Shown here: positions 17,295 to 27,805 of the stretch, one piece after another
Layout of the letters: the number at the start of each line of letters is the position of its first letter
Numbering within the stretch: position 1 is the stretch's first letter
Source: Escherichia phage vB_EcoM_PTE-Eco05
Direction: 5' to 3' (one strand)
Length of the DNA stretch: 64,000 bases
Sequence record: PQ306573.1
Position numbers and translations under genes: made by a program
Notes under the pieces: generated by a model
The model's database searches: none
The model's input: the letters and a program-made list of their open reading frames with translations, nothing else
Told to the model about the DNA's origin: nothing

Positions 17295-19167
17295 AACAAT
17301 ACCAATACCTGATTAAAGATATCTTAGAAAATGGCTACGAAACAGACGACCGTACAGGTACAGGCACTATTGCCCTGTTCGGAACTAAATTGCGATGGGA
17401 TCTGACTAAAGGATTCCCTGCGGTAACAACTAAGAAATTAGCATGGAAAGCTTGTATTGCCGAGTTACTGTGGTTCATGTCTGGCTCTACCAATGTTAAT
17501 GATTTGCGTATTCGTACTCATGGTAGTCTTATTCAAGGTAAAACTATTTGGGACGACAACTATGAAAATCAGGCAAAAGACCTTGGATATCATAGCGGCG
17601 AACTTGGTCCTATTTATGGTAAGCAATGGCGTGATTTTGGTGGTGTAGACCAATTGGTCAAAACTATCGACCGTATTAAAGCTCTTCCTAATGATCGTCG
17701 TCAAATAGTTTCTGCATGGAACCCGGCTGAAATTGACCAAATGGCTCTTCCTCCTTGTCATATGTTCTATCAATTTAATGTGCGTAATGGACATCTTGAT
17801 TTACAATGGTACCAACGCAGTGTTGATGTTTTCTTAGGTTAATTTAGGCCTAGGTATAAGGTGACTTATACTTGTAATCTATCTAAACGGGGGACCTCTC
17901 TAGTAGACAATCCCGTGCTAAATTGTAGGACTACCCTTTAATAAATACTTCTATATAAAAAGAGGTGTTTATGAAAAGCGGAATTTATCAGATTAAAAAC
18001 ACTTTAAACGGTAAAGTGTATGTTGGAAGTGCTAAAGATTTTGAGAAAAGATGGAAGAGGCGTTTTAAAGACCTTGAAAACGGTGTTCACTCTTCTATAA
18101 AATTTCAAAGGTCTTTTAATAAACATGGTAATGTTTTTGAATGCTCTGTACTGGAAGAAATTCCATATGAGAAAGATTTGATTATTGAACGAGAAAATTT
18201 TTTGATTAAAGAGCTAAATTCTAAAATTAATGGATATAATATTGCTGATGCGTCTTTTGGCGATGTGCTTTCAAATCATCCATTAAAAGAAGAAATTGCT
18301 AAGAAACGAGCTGAAACTGTTAAAGCTAAGATGCTTAAGCTTGGTCCTGACGGTCGGAAAGCTCTTTATGGTAAACACGGAAGTAAAAATGGCCGATGGA
18401 ATCCAGAAAACCACAAGTTTTGTAAATGCGGTGTTCGCATACCATCTTCGGCCGATACTTGTGGAAAGTGCCGAAAACGTTCAGGTGAAAATAACCCGTT
18501 CTTTAATCACAAACATTCAGAAAAAACTAAAACTAAACTATCTGAAAAGATGAAAGGCAAAAAGCCAGCTAACATCAAAAAGATTTCATGCGATGGGATT
18601 ATTTTTGAATGTGCAGCCGATGCGGCTAGACATTTTGAAATTTCATCAGGATTAGTTACTTACCGTGTAAAATCTGATAAGTGGAATTGGTTCTACATAA
18701 ATGCCTAACGACTATCCCTTTAGGGAGTAGGGTCAAGTGACTCGAAACGATAGACAACTTGCTTTAACAAGTTGGAGATATAGTCTGCTCTGCATGGTGA
18801 CATGCAGCTGGATATAATTCCGGGATAAGATTAACGACCTTATCTGAACATAATGCTACCGTTCAACATTGCCTCGTACGCTGCCTTGACGCATATTGTA
18901 GCGAAGATGTGTAACCTTATCCCAGGTGATTTAGTGTTCTCAGGCGGCAACACGCATATCTACAGCAATCATGTAGAACAATGCAAAGAAGTTCTTCGTC
19001 GTGAACCTAAAGAGTTGTGTTCTCTTGAAATTAATTGGCCTAGTAATTTTGAGAATTGGCCTACAAAAATCCAAATGGACTGGGTTACTGGAACGATGAC
19101 ACATTCTGATTTCGTTCTTAAAAATTACGAATCTCATCCAACTATCAAAGCTAAAATGGCGGTATAA
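17291..19167 (+). CDS. td: thymidylate synthase, interrupted by a group I intron; CDS = join(17291..17839, 18856..19167)
   Basis: Exon 1 ends ...QRSVDVFLG, exon 2 continues LPFNIASYAALTHIVAKMCNLIPGD...; joined product 286 aa as in T4 Td. Confidence 0.93.
17840..18855 (+). mobile_element. self-splicing group I intron in td (1016 nt) carrying I-TevI
   Basis: Intron 5' end TAATTTAGGCCTAGGTATAAGGTGACTTATACTTGTAATCTATCTAAACGGGG... matches the T4 td intron as recalled; exon 1 ends with T, intron ends with G; length equals the T4 td intron. Confidence 0.9.
17971..18708 (+). CDS. I-TevI: GIY-YIG homing endonuclease I-TevI (intron-encoded)
   Basis: 245 aa from MKSGIYQIKNTLNGKVYVGSAKDFEKRWKRR...; GIY...YVG motif; near-identical to T4 I-TevI as recalled. 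Confidence 0.95.
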   Translation: MKSGIYQIKNTLNGKVYVGSAKDFEKRWKRRFKDLENGVHSSIKFQRSFNKHGNVFECSVLEEIPYEKDLIIERENFLIKELNSKINGYNIADASFGDVLSNHPLKEEIAKKRAETVKAKMLKLGPDGRKALYGKHGSKNGRWNPENHKFCKCGVRIPSSADTCGKCRKRSGENNPFFNHKHSEKTKTKLSEKMKGKKPANIKKISCDGIIFECAADAARHFEISSGLVTYRVKSDKWNWFYINA

Positions 19168-19422
19168 ATGATTTTACGTTTTATTAATTCATATGGCACC
19201 ACAATTTTTGAAATGAAAAATCCAAGTGAACTGGATATCCCTTCACCGAATAGTGAAATCACAGTTAAAGGTGAACGATTCATTTGTTATTCACATGAAC
19301 GAATTTATGAATATCGTGAATTTTGTGGTGGTTACGGTATGGAAAAAGAACCATTGGTTTATTTCGATATCACGGTCTTGACACCTAAAGAATACGAAGA
19401 AATTATTGCTGAGGATAATTAA
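19168..19422 (+). CDS. hypothetical protein (nrdA.1 position)
   Basis: 84 aa ORF starting 1 nt after the td stop. Confidence 0.55.
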   Translation: MILRFINSYGTTIFEMKNPSELDIPSPNSEITVKGERFICYSHERIYEYREFCGGYGMEKEPLVYFDITVLTPKEYEEIIAEDN

Positions 19423-19446
19423 CGCTTCAGTTTAAAAGTGTATAAT
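19423..19446 (+). promoter_or_regulatory. possible middle-type promoter upstream of nrdA (imperfect MotA box CGCTTCA plus TGTATAAT)
   Basis: GCTTCA at 19424-19429 and TATAAT at 19441-19446; first box position is C not T; a 7-bp stem-loop follows at about 19452-19474. Confidence 0.35.
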
Positions 19447-19509
19447 AAATTAACGGGATAAATACTATCCCGTTTGGAGTAATGTCTATCAACCTATACT
19501 GAGGAATAT

Positions 19510-20934
19510 ATGCAAGTAACTAAGAGCAGTGGTGTATCCCAAAATTTTGATGCACAGAAAATTATTCAAGTCTTAACTTGGCAATGTGAAGGAACACAAA
19601 TTGACCCATATGAATTGTACGAAGAAATTAAGACCCATCTTGTCGACGGGATGAGCACCAAAGATATCCAGAAGATTTGTATTAAAGTTGCAGCTAACTC
19701 GATTTCTGTCGAAGAACCTGATTATCAGTATGTCGCCGCCAAAGGGCTAATGTTTGCACTTCGTAAAGATGTATATGGGCAGTTTGAACCGCCTGCTTTT
19801 ATCGACCATATTTCTTATTGTGTTAATGAAGGCAAATATGACCCTGAGCTGTTGTCTAGATATTCTGCAGAAGAAATCATTTATCTTGATTCTCGGATTA
19901 AACATGAGCGAGATTTTGACCTGACTTATGCTGGTGCTATGCAGCTTAAAGAAAAATACCTGGTTAAAGATAAAACAACTGGGAAGATTTATGAAACTCC
20001 ACAGTTTGCTATCATGGCTATCGGTATGGCCTTACACCAAGACGAAACTCATGACCGTTTGAAACATATTATTCGTTTTTATGATGCCGTTTCTACTCAT
20101 CAAGTTTCATTGCCAACCCCAATTATGGCAGGTGCTCGTACTCCAACTCGCCAGTTCTCTAGTTGTGTAGTTATTGAAGCCGGTGATTCGTTAAAATCTA
20201 TTAACAAAACTTCAGCATCAATTATTGAATATATTTCTAAACGAGCTGGTATTGGTATCAACGTTGGTATGCTTCGTGCAGAAGGTTCTAAGATTGGTAT
20301 GGGTGAAGTTCGACATACAGGTGTTATTCCATTTTGGAAACATTTCCAAACTGCAGTAAAATCTTGTTCTCAAGGTGGTATTCGTGGTGGTGCTGCTACA
20401 GCGTATTATCCGATGTGGCACTTAGAAGTAGAGAACCTATTAGTTCTGAAAAATAACAAAGGCGTGGATGAAAACCGTATTCGACATATGGACTACGGAA
20501 TTCAGATTAATGACCTCATGATGGAACGCCTTGGTAAAAATGATTATATTACTTTATTTAGCCCTCACGAAATGTCAGGCGAACTATACTACTCGTTCTT
20601 TGAAGATCAAGATAAATTCCGTGAGCTTTATGAGAAAGCTGAAAAAGACCCAACAATCAGAAAGAAAAGAATCAAAGCACTAGAACTCTTTGAATTGTTC
20701 ATGACTGAACGTTCTGGTACTGCTCGAATTTATCCACAGTTTGTTGATAACACGAATAACTACACTCCGTTTATTCGTGAAAAAGCTCCAATTCGTCAGA
20801 GTAACTTATGTTGTGAAATCGCTATTCCAACTAATGATGTGAATAGCCAACAAACCCGTTTAATCAAAATTAAGAAGTCGGATGTAGCTAAGTTTTATGA
20901 AGCTAATCCTGGCGGTATAATTCAAAGCAAATAA
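19510..20934 (+). CDS. nrdA: ribonucleotide reductase alpha subunit, N-terminal piece (NrdA-a)
   Basis: 474 aa; ends ...SNLCCEIAIPTNDV (class Ia active-site Cys/Glu motif) followed by a 30-aa non-homologous tail and stop. Confidence 0.9.
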   Translation: MQVTKSSGVSQNFDAQKIIQVLTWQCEGTQIDPYELYEEIKTHLVDGMSTKDIQKICIKVAANSISVEEPDYQYVAAKGLMFALRKDVYGQFEPPAFIDHISYCVNEGKYDPELLSRYSAEEIIYLDSRIKHERDFDLTYAGAMQLKEKYLVKDKTTGKIYETPQFAIMAIGMALHQDETHDRLKHIIRFYDAVSTHQVSLPTPIMAGARTPTRQFSSCVVIEAGDSLKSINKTSASIIEYISKRAGIGINVGMLRAEGSKIGMGEVRHTGVIPFWKHFQTAVKSCSQGGIRGGAATAYYPMWHLEVENLLVLKNNKGVDENRIRHMDYGIQINDLMMERLGKNDYITLFSPHEMSGELYYSFFEDQDKFRELYEKAEKDPTIRKKRIKALELFELFMTERSGTARIYPQFVDNTNNYTPFIREKAPIRQSNLCCEIAIPTNDVNSQQTRLIKIKKSDVAKFYEANPGGIIQSK

Positions 20935-20979
20935 AGTACACAGACCGTTAATAAATAATCCATAACAAGAGGAAAAGTT

Positions 20980-21690
20980 ATGGATTATTCTAAAATTTAC
21001 AATAACCTTATTTCTAAAGCTAAGAATAGAAAATTAGATTGCTATACCGAATCACACCATATTATACCTCTGTGTATTGGTGGTTCTGATACAAAGGAAA
21101 ACCTGGTAGATTTGACACCAGAAGAGCATTACATAGCTCATCAATTATTAGTAAAGATATATCCAGATAATCATAAATTGATATTTGCCGCTAATATGAT
21201 GTGTGTTTATTCTAAAGATAATATTGAACGAAAGAACACCAATAAACGCCATGGGTGGCTTAGAAGAAAATTGGCTATTTCTGTATCTGAAAATAATAAA
21301 GGCAAACCAGCTTGGAACAAAGGTATTCCTATGTCTCCAGAAGTTAAATCTCGACTTCAAACATCTTGGGTGTTTACATTTCCGGATGGTCATGAGGAAA
21401 TTCATCGAGGTCTTAACGAATTTTGTAAAGAGCATAATTTAAATCCATCTGCAATGTCAGCCGTTTGTAAAGGTAAACGGGCGCATCACAAAGGATTTAA
21501 GTGTAAGAAATTGGATAAGATTTCAGAGCTTGATAATTTAGTTTTCGTCAGTAAACCTCATCCAAAGGGATTAAAACCCCATAACTTAATTGCTGTAAAA
21601 ATAAACGGTATAGAATATCAATCAATACATCGAGCATCTAAAGCTTTAGGAATTACTAGAAAAAAGGTAGAAGAATTAAATGAATATTGA
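20980..21690 (+). CDS. HNH homing endonuclease (MobE-like) inserted within nrdA
   Basis: 236 aa; HNH motif ESHHIIPLCIGGSDTKENLVDLTPEEHYIAH; own RBS GAGGAAAAG; stop overlaps the start of the downstream nrdA piece. Confidence 0.8.
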   Translation: MDYSKIYNNLISKAKNRKLDCYTESHHIIPLCIGGSDTKENLVDLTPEEHYIAHQLLVKIYPDNHKLIFAANMMCVYSKDNIERKNTNKRHGWLRRKLAISVSENNKGKPAWNKGIPMSPEVKSRLQTSWVFTFPDGHEEIHRGLNEFCKEHNLNPSAMSAVCKGKRAHHKGFKCKKLDKISELDNLVFVSKPHPKGLKPHNLIAVKINGIEYQSIHRASKALGITRKKVEELNEY

Positions 21691-22669
21691 TTATGAATTT
21701 GTAGATGAATTTTACGAAGATGATGAGTATACTACAATAAAAGTTATTGAAAACAAGGGAGAAGTGGGGCTTTGTACTCTCTCTGCATTCGTATTAGATA
21801 AATTTGATTGGCAAGACCAAGATAAAATTAATGAACTTGCTGAAGTACAAGTACGTGCACTTGATAACCTGTTAGACTATCAAGATTATCCGGTTCCAGA
21901 AGCTTTAAAAGCTAAAAAGCGTCGTAATCTTGGTGTTGGTGTTACGAACTATGCTGCATGGTTAGCTTCTAACTTTGCTTCATATGAAGACGCTAACGAT
22001 TTGACTCATGAATTGTTTGAGAGATTGCAATATGGCCTTATCAAAGCATCAATCAAACTCGCCAAAGAAAAAGGATGTTGCGAGTATTATTCAGACACTA
22101 AATGGTCTAGAGGCGAATTACCTATCGACTGGTACAATAAAAAGATTGACCAAATCGCAGCCCCGAACTACGTCTGTGACTGGGAAGAACTTCGAGCTGA
22201 ACTCAAAGAACATGGAATTCGTAACTCAACGTTGTCTGCACTCATGCCTTGTGAGTCAAGCAGTCAAGTATCGAACTCTACAAACGGGATTGAGCCCCCA
22301 CGTGGTCCAGTAAGTATTAAAGAATCTAAAGAAGGCAACTTCCGACAGGTTGTTCCTAATATCGAACATAACATGAGTCTTTACGACTACGCGTGGAAAC
22401 TTGCTAAGAAAGGTAATAAACCTTATTTGACCCAAGTTGCTATCATGTTGAAATGGGTGTGCCAATCTGCTTCTGCTAATACTTACTACGACCCTGCAGT
22501 ATTTGAGAAAGGTAAAGTGCCAATGTCAGTAATGCTTGACGATCTGCTTTACTTCTGGTACTTTGGCGGAAAAAACCTCTACTATCATAACACCCGTGAT
22601 GGGTCAGGTACAGATGACTATGAATTAGAAACACCTAAAGCTGAAGATTGCTCTGCTTGTAAGCTTTAA
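21680..22669 (+). CDS. nrdA: ribonucleotide reductase alpha subunit, C-terminal piece (NrdA-b)
   Basis: 329 aa; after a ~29-aa leader continues GEVGLCTLSAFVLD...; ends with C-terminal CSACKL cysteine pair typical of NrdA. Confidence 0.9.
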   Translation: MNIDYEFVDEFYEDDEYTTIKVIENKGEVGLCTLSAFVLDKFDWQDQDKINELAEVQVRALDNLLDYQDYPVPEALKAKKRRNLGVGVTNYAAWLASNFASYEDANDLTHELFERLQYGLIKASIKLAKEKGCCEYYSDTKWSRGELPIDWYNKKIDQIAAPNYVCDWEELRAELKEHGIRNSTLSALMPCESSSQVSNSTNGIEPPRGPVSIKESKEGNFRQVVPNIEHNMSLYDYAWKLAKKGNKPYLTQVAIMLKWVCQSASANTYYDPAVFEKGKVPMSVMLDDLLYFWYFGGKNLYYHNTRDGSGTDDYELETPKAEDCSACKL

Positions 22670-22724
22670 GACTTTTGATTATAATTTACTCATGGATGAG
22701 TTAATAACTAAGTGAGAAAATATA

Positions 22725-24994
22725 ATGAGTACAGTTTTTAATACACAACAAGTCGATGTTTTGAACGAACCGATGTTCTTTGGTTCTGGTCTTGGTCTTG
22801 CACGGTATGATATTCAGCGTCATAAAGTTTTTGAAGAACTTATAGAAAAATCCTTGTCATTTTTCTGGCGCCCCGAAGAGGTAAACTTAATGTTGGACTC
22901 TGCACAGTTCAATAAGCTTCCTCAGTTCCAACAGGACATCTTTACAAACAATCTTAAGTATCAATCATTATTGGATTCTATCCAAGGCAGGGCCCCATCT
23001 GCGGTACTTATGGCACTGCTTTCCGACCCTTCATTAGATACGTGGGTTGCAACATGGACATTCAGTGAAACTATTCACTCTCGTTCATATACTCATATTA
23101 TGCGAAATCTTTATACCGATCCATCCAAAGTATTTGATGAGATTGTATTAGACGAAGCAATCATGAAACGAGCTGAATCAATAGGTAAATATTACGATGA
23201 TGTTCTAGTCAAGACTCGTAATTGGGAAAATGCTAAAGAATTTGTAGAACTAGCTAAAGAATCTCCTGATGCCGACTTTCGTTTAAACCGAGCTATTAAA
23301 CAAGAAGCCGAAGCTAAACGTGCTTTAATGAAATCTCTTTACCTCTGTTTGCACGTTATTAATGCCTTAGAAGCTATTCGTTTTTATGTATCTTTTGCGT
23401 AAAATGCGCCTTTAAACGGTAACGTTTATCGAAAACTCCTTTAATTGCTGGAAAGTCCTTTATAGGAAAACTAGCAGCCAAGGTTTTGCTTGCACCTTTA
23501 ATTAGTATAATATAAATATGATTATACTTTTAAGAGGATGCACAATTGAACTATAGAAAAATTTGGATAGATGCTAACGGACCTATACCTAAAGATTCTG
23601 ATGGAAGAACATACGAAATCCATCATAAAGACGGTAACCGTGAAAATAATGATTTAGATAATTTGATGTGCCTTTCTATACAGGAACATTATGATATACA
23701 TTTAGCTCAAAAAGATTACCAGGCTTGTCATGCTATAAAGCTTAGAATGAAATATTCTCCTGAAGAAATTTCTGAATTAGCTTCTAAAGCCGCAAAATCT
23801 AGAGAAATCCAGATTTTTAATATCCCTGAAGTACGAGCTAAAAATATTGCCTCTATTAAATCTAAGATAGAAAATGGTACATTTCATCTTTTAGACGGTG
23901 AAATACAGCGTAAATCTAATTTAAATAGAGTTGCATTAGGTATACATAATTTTCAACAAGCTGAGCATATTGCAAAAGTTAAAGAACGCAATATTGCAGC
24001 TATAAAAGAAGGTACTCATGTATTTTGCGGTGGTAAAATGCAGTCAGAAACTCAATCAAAACGGGTAAATGACGGTTCACATCATTTCTTGTCAGAAGAC
24101 CATAAGAAAAGAACATCAGCAAAAACATTAGAAATGGTTAAGAACGGAACCCATCCTGCACAAAAAGAAATCACATGTGATTTCTGCGGTCACATTGGTA
24201 AAGGTCCTGGATTTTATCTAAAACATAATGACAGATGTAAATTAAATCCAAATAGAATTCAATTGAATTGTCCATATTGTGATAAGAAAGATTTATCACC
24301 ATCAACATATAAACGATGGCACGGCGACAATTGCAAAGCAAGGTTCAACGACTAGTCTTCGGACGTAGGGTCAAGCGACTCGAAATGGGGAGAATCCCTC
24401 TGGGATTGTGATATAGTCTGGTCTGCATAGTAATATGTAGCAGTTCATAAGAGAACGGGTTGAGAATTAGCGAGCTCAATCGAACATAACGGTACCTTTA
24501 ACTTCCATAAGAACATGGAAATTATGGAAGGTAATGCAAAGATTATGAAGTTCATTGCTCGTGACGAACAACTCCATCTCAAGGGTACTCAGTACATTAT
24601 CCGTCAACTTCAATCTGGTACTGATGGCGATGAGTGGGTTCAAATTGCTAAAGAATGTGAACAAGAAGCAGTTGACATTTTTATGGAAGTAAATCGTCAA
24701 GAGAAGGAATGGGCTGCACACCTCTTTAAAGACGGTACATGTCCAGGTATCAATACGCAGAGTATGTGTGCTTTTGTTGATTACTTGACTGTGTCTCGTA
24801 TGAAACAGTGTGGTTTGCCATGCCCAATCACTGATGCTCCGACCAAGCATCCGTATCCTTGGATTCGTGAATATCTTAACTCTGATTTAGTTCAAGCAGC
24901 TCCTCAGGAAGTTGAAATCAGTTCTTATCTTGTTGCACAAATTGATAATGATGTGGACCAAAATGTAATCAATTCATACAAAAAATATTTCTAA
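22725..24994 (+). CDS. nrdB: ribonucleotide reductase beta subunit, interrupted by a group I intron; CDS = join(22725..23400, 24492..24994)
   Basis: Exon 1 ...LEAIRFYVSFA plus T of a Cys codon; exon 2 resumes GT ACC TTT AAC... giving CTFNFHKNMEIMEGNAK...; joined product about 392 aa. Confidence 0.85.
23401..24491 (+). mobile_element. group I intron in nrdB (about 1091 nt) carrying I-TevIII
   Basis: Exon 1 ends with T (23400), intron ends with G (24491); frame is restored only by this join; boundaries inferred, not matched to a reference. Confidence 0.75.
23546..24355 (+). CDS. I-TevIII: HNH homing endonuclease I-TevIII (full-length, intron-encoded)
   Basis: 269 aa; HNH motif YEIHHKDGNRENNDLDNLMCLSIQEHYDIH and C-terminal Cys-rich zinc finger (CDFCGH...CPYC); length matches the intact RB3-type I-TevIII as recalled. 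Confidence 0.85.
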   Translation: MNYRKIWIDANGPIPKDSDGRTYEIHHKDGNRENNDLDNLMCLSIQEHYDIHLAQKDYQACHAIKLRMKYSPEEISELASKAAKSREIQIFNIPEVRAKNIASIKSKIENGTFHLLDGEIQRKSNLNRVALGIHNFQQAEHIAKVKERNIAAIKEGTHVFCGGKMQSETQSKRVNDGSHHFLSEDHKKRTSAKTLEMVKNGTHPAQKEITCDFCGHIGKGPGFYLKHNDRCKLNPNRIQLNCPYCDKKDLSPSTYKRWHGDNCKARFND

Positions 24995-24998
24995 GGAC

Positions 24999-25012
24999 GG
25001 GACTTCGGTCCC
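24999..25012 (+). terminator. UUCG-loop hairpin after nrdB
   Basis: GGGAC-TTCG-GTCCC directly after the nrdB stop, followed by a T-rich tract. Confidence 0.55.
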
Positions 25013-25020
25013 ACTTTATT

Positions 25021-25431
25021 ATGAAAGATATTGCCGCCGAATATTCCTTTATTAAATATATAGAATTGGAGCTATTAGAAGATGCAACAATTAAAACAGT
25101 TGATGTCCCTAATAAGAAAAATGTCATATATGCTATTGCTATAGATGACGAACTTGTGTATATTGGTAAAACCAAGAATTTAAAGAAACGCATTAACTAT
25201 TATCGAACAGCCATAAATCGAAAAGACCAGACTTCAGATTCAAGAAAATCACTTATGATTTTGGATGCCTTAATGCAAGGCAAAAAGGTTGAATTCTGGG
25301 CCCGCCAATGTTTTGACCTTTCAGTCACCAACGAACTTGGTTCAATGACCATCGCAACAATGGACCTTGAAGAACCACTTTTTATCAAAAAGTTCAACCC
25401 GCCTTGGAATATCCAACATAAGAAAAAGTAG
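25021..25431 (+). CDS. denA: endonuclease II (GIY-YIG family)
   Basis: 136 aa, MKDIAAEYSFIKYIELE...VYIGKTKNLKKRINYYRTAINRKD...NPPWNIQHKKK matches T4 DenA. Confidence 0.95.
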   Translation: MKDIAAEYSFIKYIELELLEDATIKTVDVPNKKNVIYAIAIDDELVYIGKTKNLKKRINYYRTAINRKDQTSDSRKSLMILDALMQGKKVEFWARQCFDLSVTNELGSMTIATMDLEEPLFIKKFNPPWNIQHKKK

Positions 25432-25460
25432 TTTACATACCACAAGGATTGTGGTACAAT
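25431..25460 (+). promoter_or_regulatory. early-type promoter upstream of rnlA (GTTTAC ... TACAAT)
   Basis: GTTTAC 25431-25436 overlapping the denA stop, 18-nt spacer, TGGTACAAT. Confidence 0.55.
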
Positions 25461-25477
25461 TTAAAAAAACTAACTGA

Positions 25478-26611
<1,134 letters not shown>

Positions 26612-26613
26612 TG

Positions 26614-26643
26614 GTTTACAAACACCAAGGAAGGTGTTACTAT
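26614..26643 (+). promoter_or_regulatory. early-type promoter (GTTTAC ... TGTTACTAT)
   Basis: GTTTAC 26614-26619 and TACTAT 26638-26643, upstream of the ATG at 26674. Confidence 0.55.
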
Positions 26644-26673
26644 GGCTTTTATCAACAACATGAGGAGAAAATT

Positions 26674-27174
26674 ATGAATATGCAATTGATTACTAATGAT
26701 ATGGTCGTAACCACTTTTGGAGACACAACTGACGGAATCCGGGTCTTTAAGAAAGGACGTCCAGTTGGTTATCTTACTGACCTCCGTGTTACACTGGCCA
26801 AAAATCTTAAAAAGAAAGTAAAACAAAAAGAGTATTCCACCCGATACGCTGAAGAGAAACGCGAAGCGATGCCGGAAGCAGTTAATGCCATGGTAGAATT
26901 TCTTCAAAACAATTTGACTAAATACGACGCTAATGTGTTTATTAATATTAGTCAACCAAACGTACATATCGCAGGTATAAAATTCTACATTATTTGCGAC
27001 CCTCTTACCGACAAATTCAACCGCCTCGGAATTTCAAGCCCGTATCATACAGCAGAAGAGTTGTGTGTATTGTTTGAATCGTACAAAATCCAGTGTGATG
27101 GTTTGAAAACCGTTCTTATCAATGGATTATCCCGAGATGAAATCATTGAGATTATTAAAACATGCTTAAAGTAA
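26674..27174 (+). CDS. hypothetical early protein, Alc-like by position and size (166 aa)
   Basis: ORF-track entry trimmed to the ATG at 26674 behind GAGGAG, downstream of the early promoter; T4 has alc (167 aa) between rnlA and the pseT.3/.2 spanins; identity not verified. Confidence 0.5.
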   Translation: MNMQLITNDMVVTTFGDTTDGIRVFKKGRPVGYLTDLRVTLAKNLKKKVKQKEYSTRYAEEKREAMPEAVNAMVEFLQNNLTKYDANVFINISQPNVHIAGIKFYIICDPLTDKFNRLGISSPYHTAEELCVLFESYKIQCDGLKTVLINGLSRDEIIEIIKTCLK

Positions 27175-27518
27175 ATCCTATTTACGCTATAGTAGCAGCT
27201 TTTGCTCTAGTTTCTACGGTAACAATAGTTGTCTTAAACAACAAAGTTGATTCGTTGAATACTGAATTAGCTTCTGTCAAAGAGACTGCTAAAAACAATG
27301 CTAAAGTATTAGATGACTTCAAGGTTCAATATCAGTCAATCGAAGAAATGACTTATAAGAACCGTGTTTTAGTTGACCAACTTAAGGCTGAAAATGAAAA
27401 GCTCCGTAAGGATTCGAAGAAGAAGAACGTGGTGGCAAGTAAACCAGGATTGGTCGAAAAACAAATCAACAGGTCCTTCGATTCCTTTGCAGAAGACCTC
27501 AGGAAGCTCTCAGAATGA
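27162..27518 (+). CDS. i-spanin (inner-membrane spanin, PseT.3-like)
   Basis: 118 aa; N-terminal transmembrane segment PIYAIVAAFALVSTVTIVVL followed by charged coiled-coil region; overlaps the o-spanin start. Confidence 0.8.
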   Translation: MLKVNPIYAIVAAFALVSTVTIVVLNNKVDSLNTELASVKETAKNNAKVLDDFKVQYQSIEEMTYKNRVLVDQLKAENEKLRKDSKKKNVVASKPGLVEKQINRSFDSFAEDLRKLSE

Positions 27519-27805
27519 TTAAATTAACCGCAGTTGTATTATCTATTGGCATTTTGGCTGGATGTGCCCAGGATGTGCTCTTAAGCCCTAAAGAAACTTT
27601 ACATCCGCCATGGCCTGAATCTATTGTTGAATATAACCAGAAATGGCAAGTAAAGGTTATTGATGGTAATCCGTGGGTTGGAATGCCATTTGAAGACTCT
27701 CAAGAATTTCGTATCTGGTTAAACGACGTAAAAAGATATGTACATGACCAGAAGACTATGTTATGTTATTATCGTAGTGGTTTAAAAGAGGAAAAATGCC
27801 AATGA
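27515..27805 (+). CDS. o-spanin (outer-membrane lipoprotein spanin, PseT.2-like)
   Basis: 96 aa; lipoprotein signal with lipobox LAGC (MIKLTAVVLSIGILAGCAQ). Confidence 0.8.
   Translation: MIKLTAVVLSIGILAGCAQDVLLSPKETLHPPWPESIVEYNQKWQVKVIDGNPWVGMPFEDSQEFRIWLNDVKRYVHDQKTMLCYYRSGLKEEKCQ

Noticed and set aside
20980-21690. HNH ORF within nrdA interpreted as an intron- or intein-encoded endonuclease
   Set aside because: The upstream nrdA frame ends in a stop codon (not an intein), and only ~45 nt upstream and ~0 nt downstream are non-coding, too little for a group I core; a free-standing insertion is more likely, though splicing is not formally excluded without RNA data.
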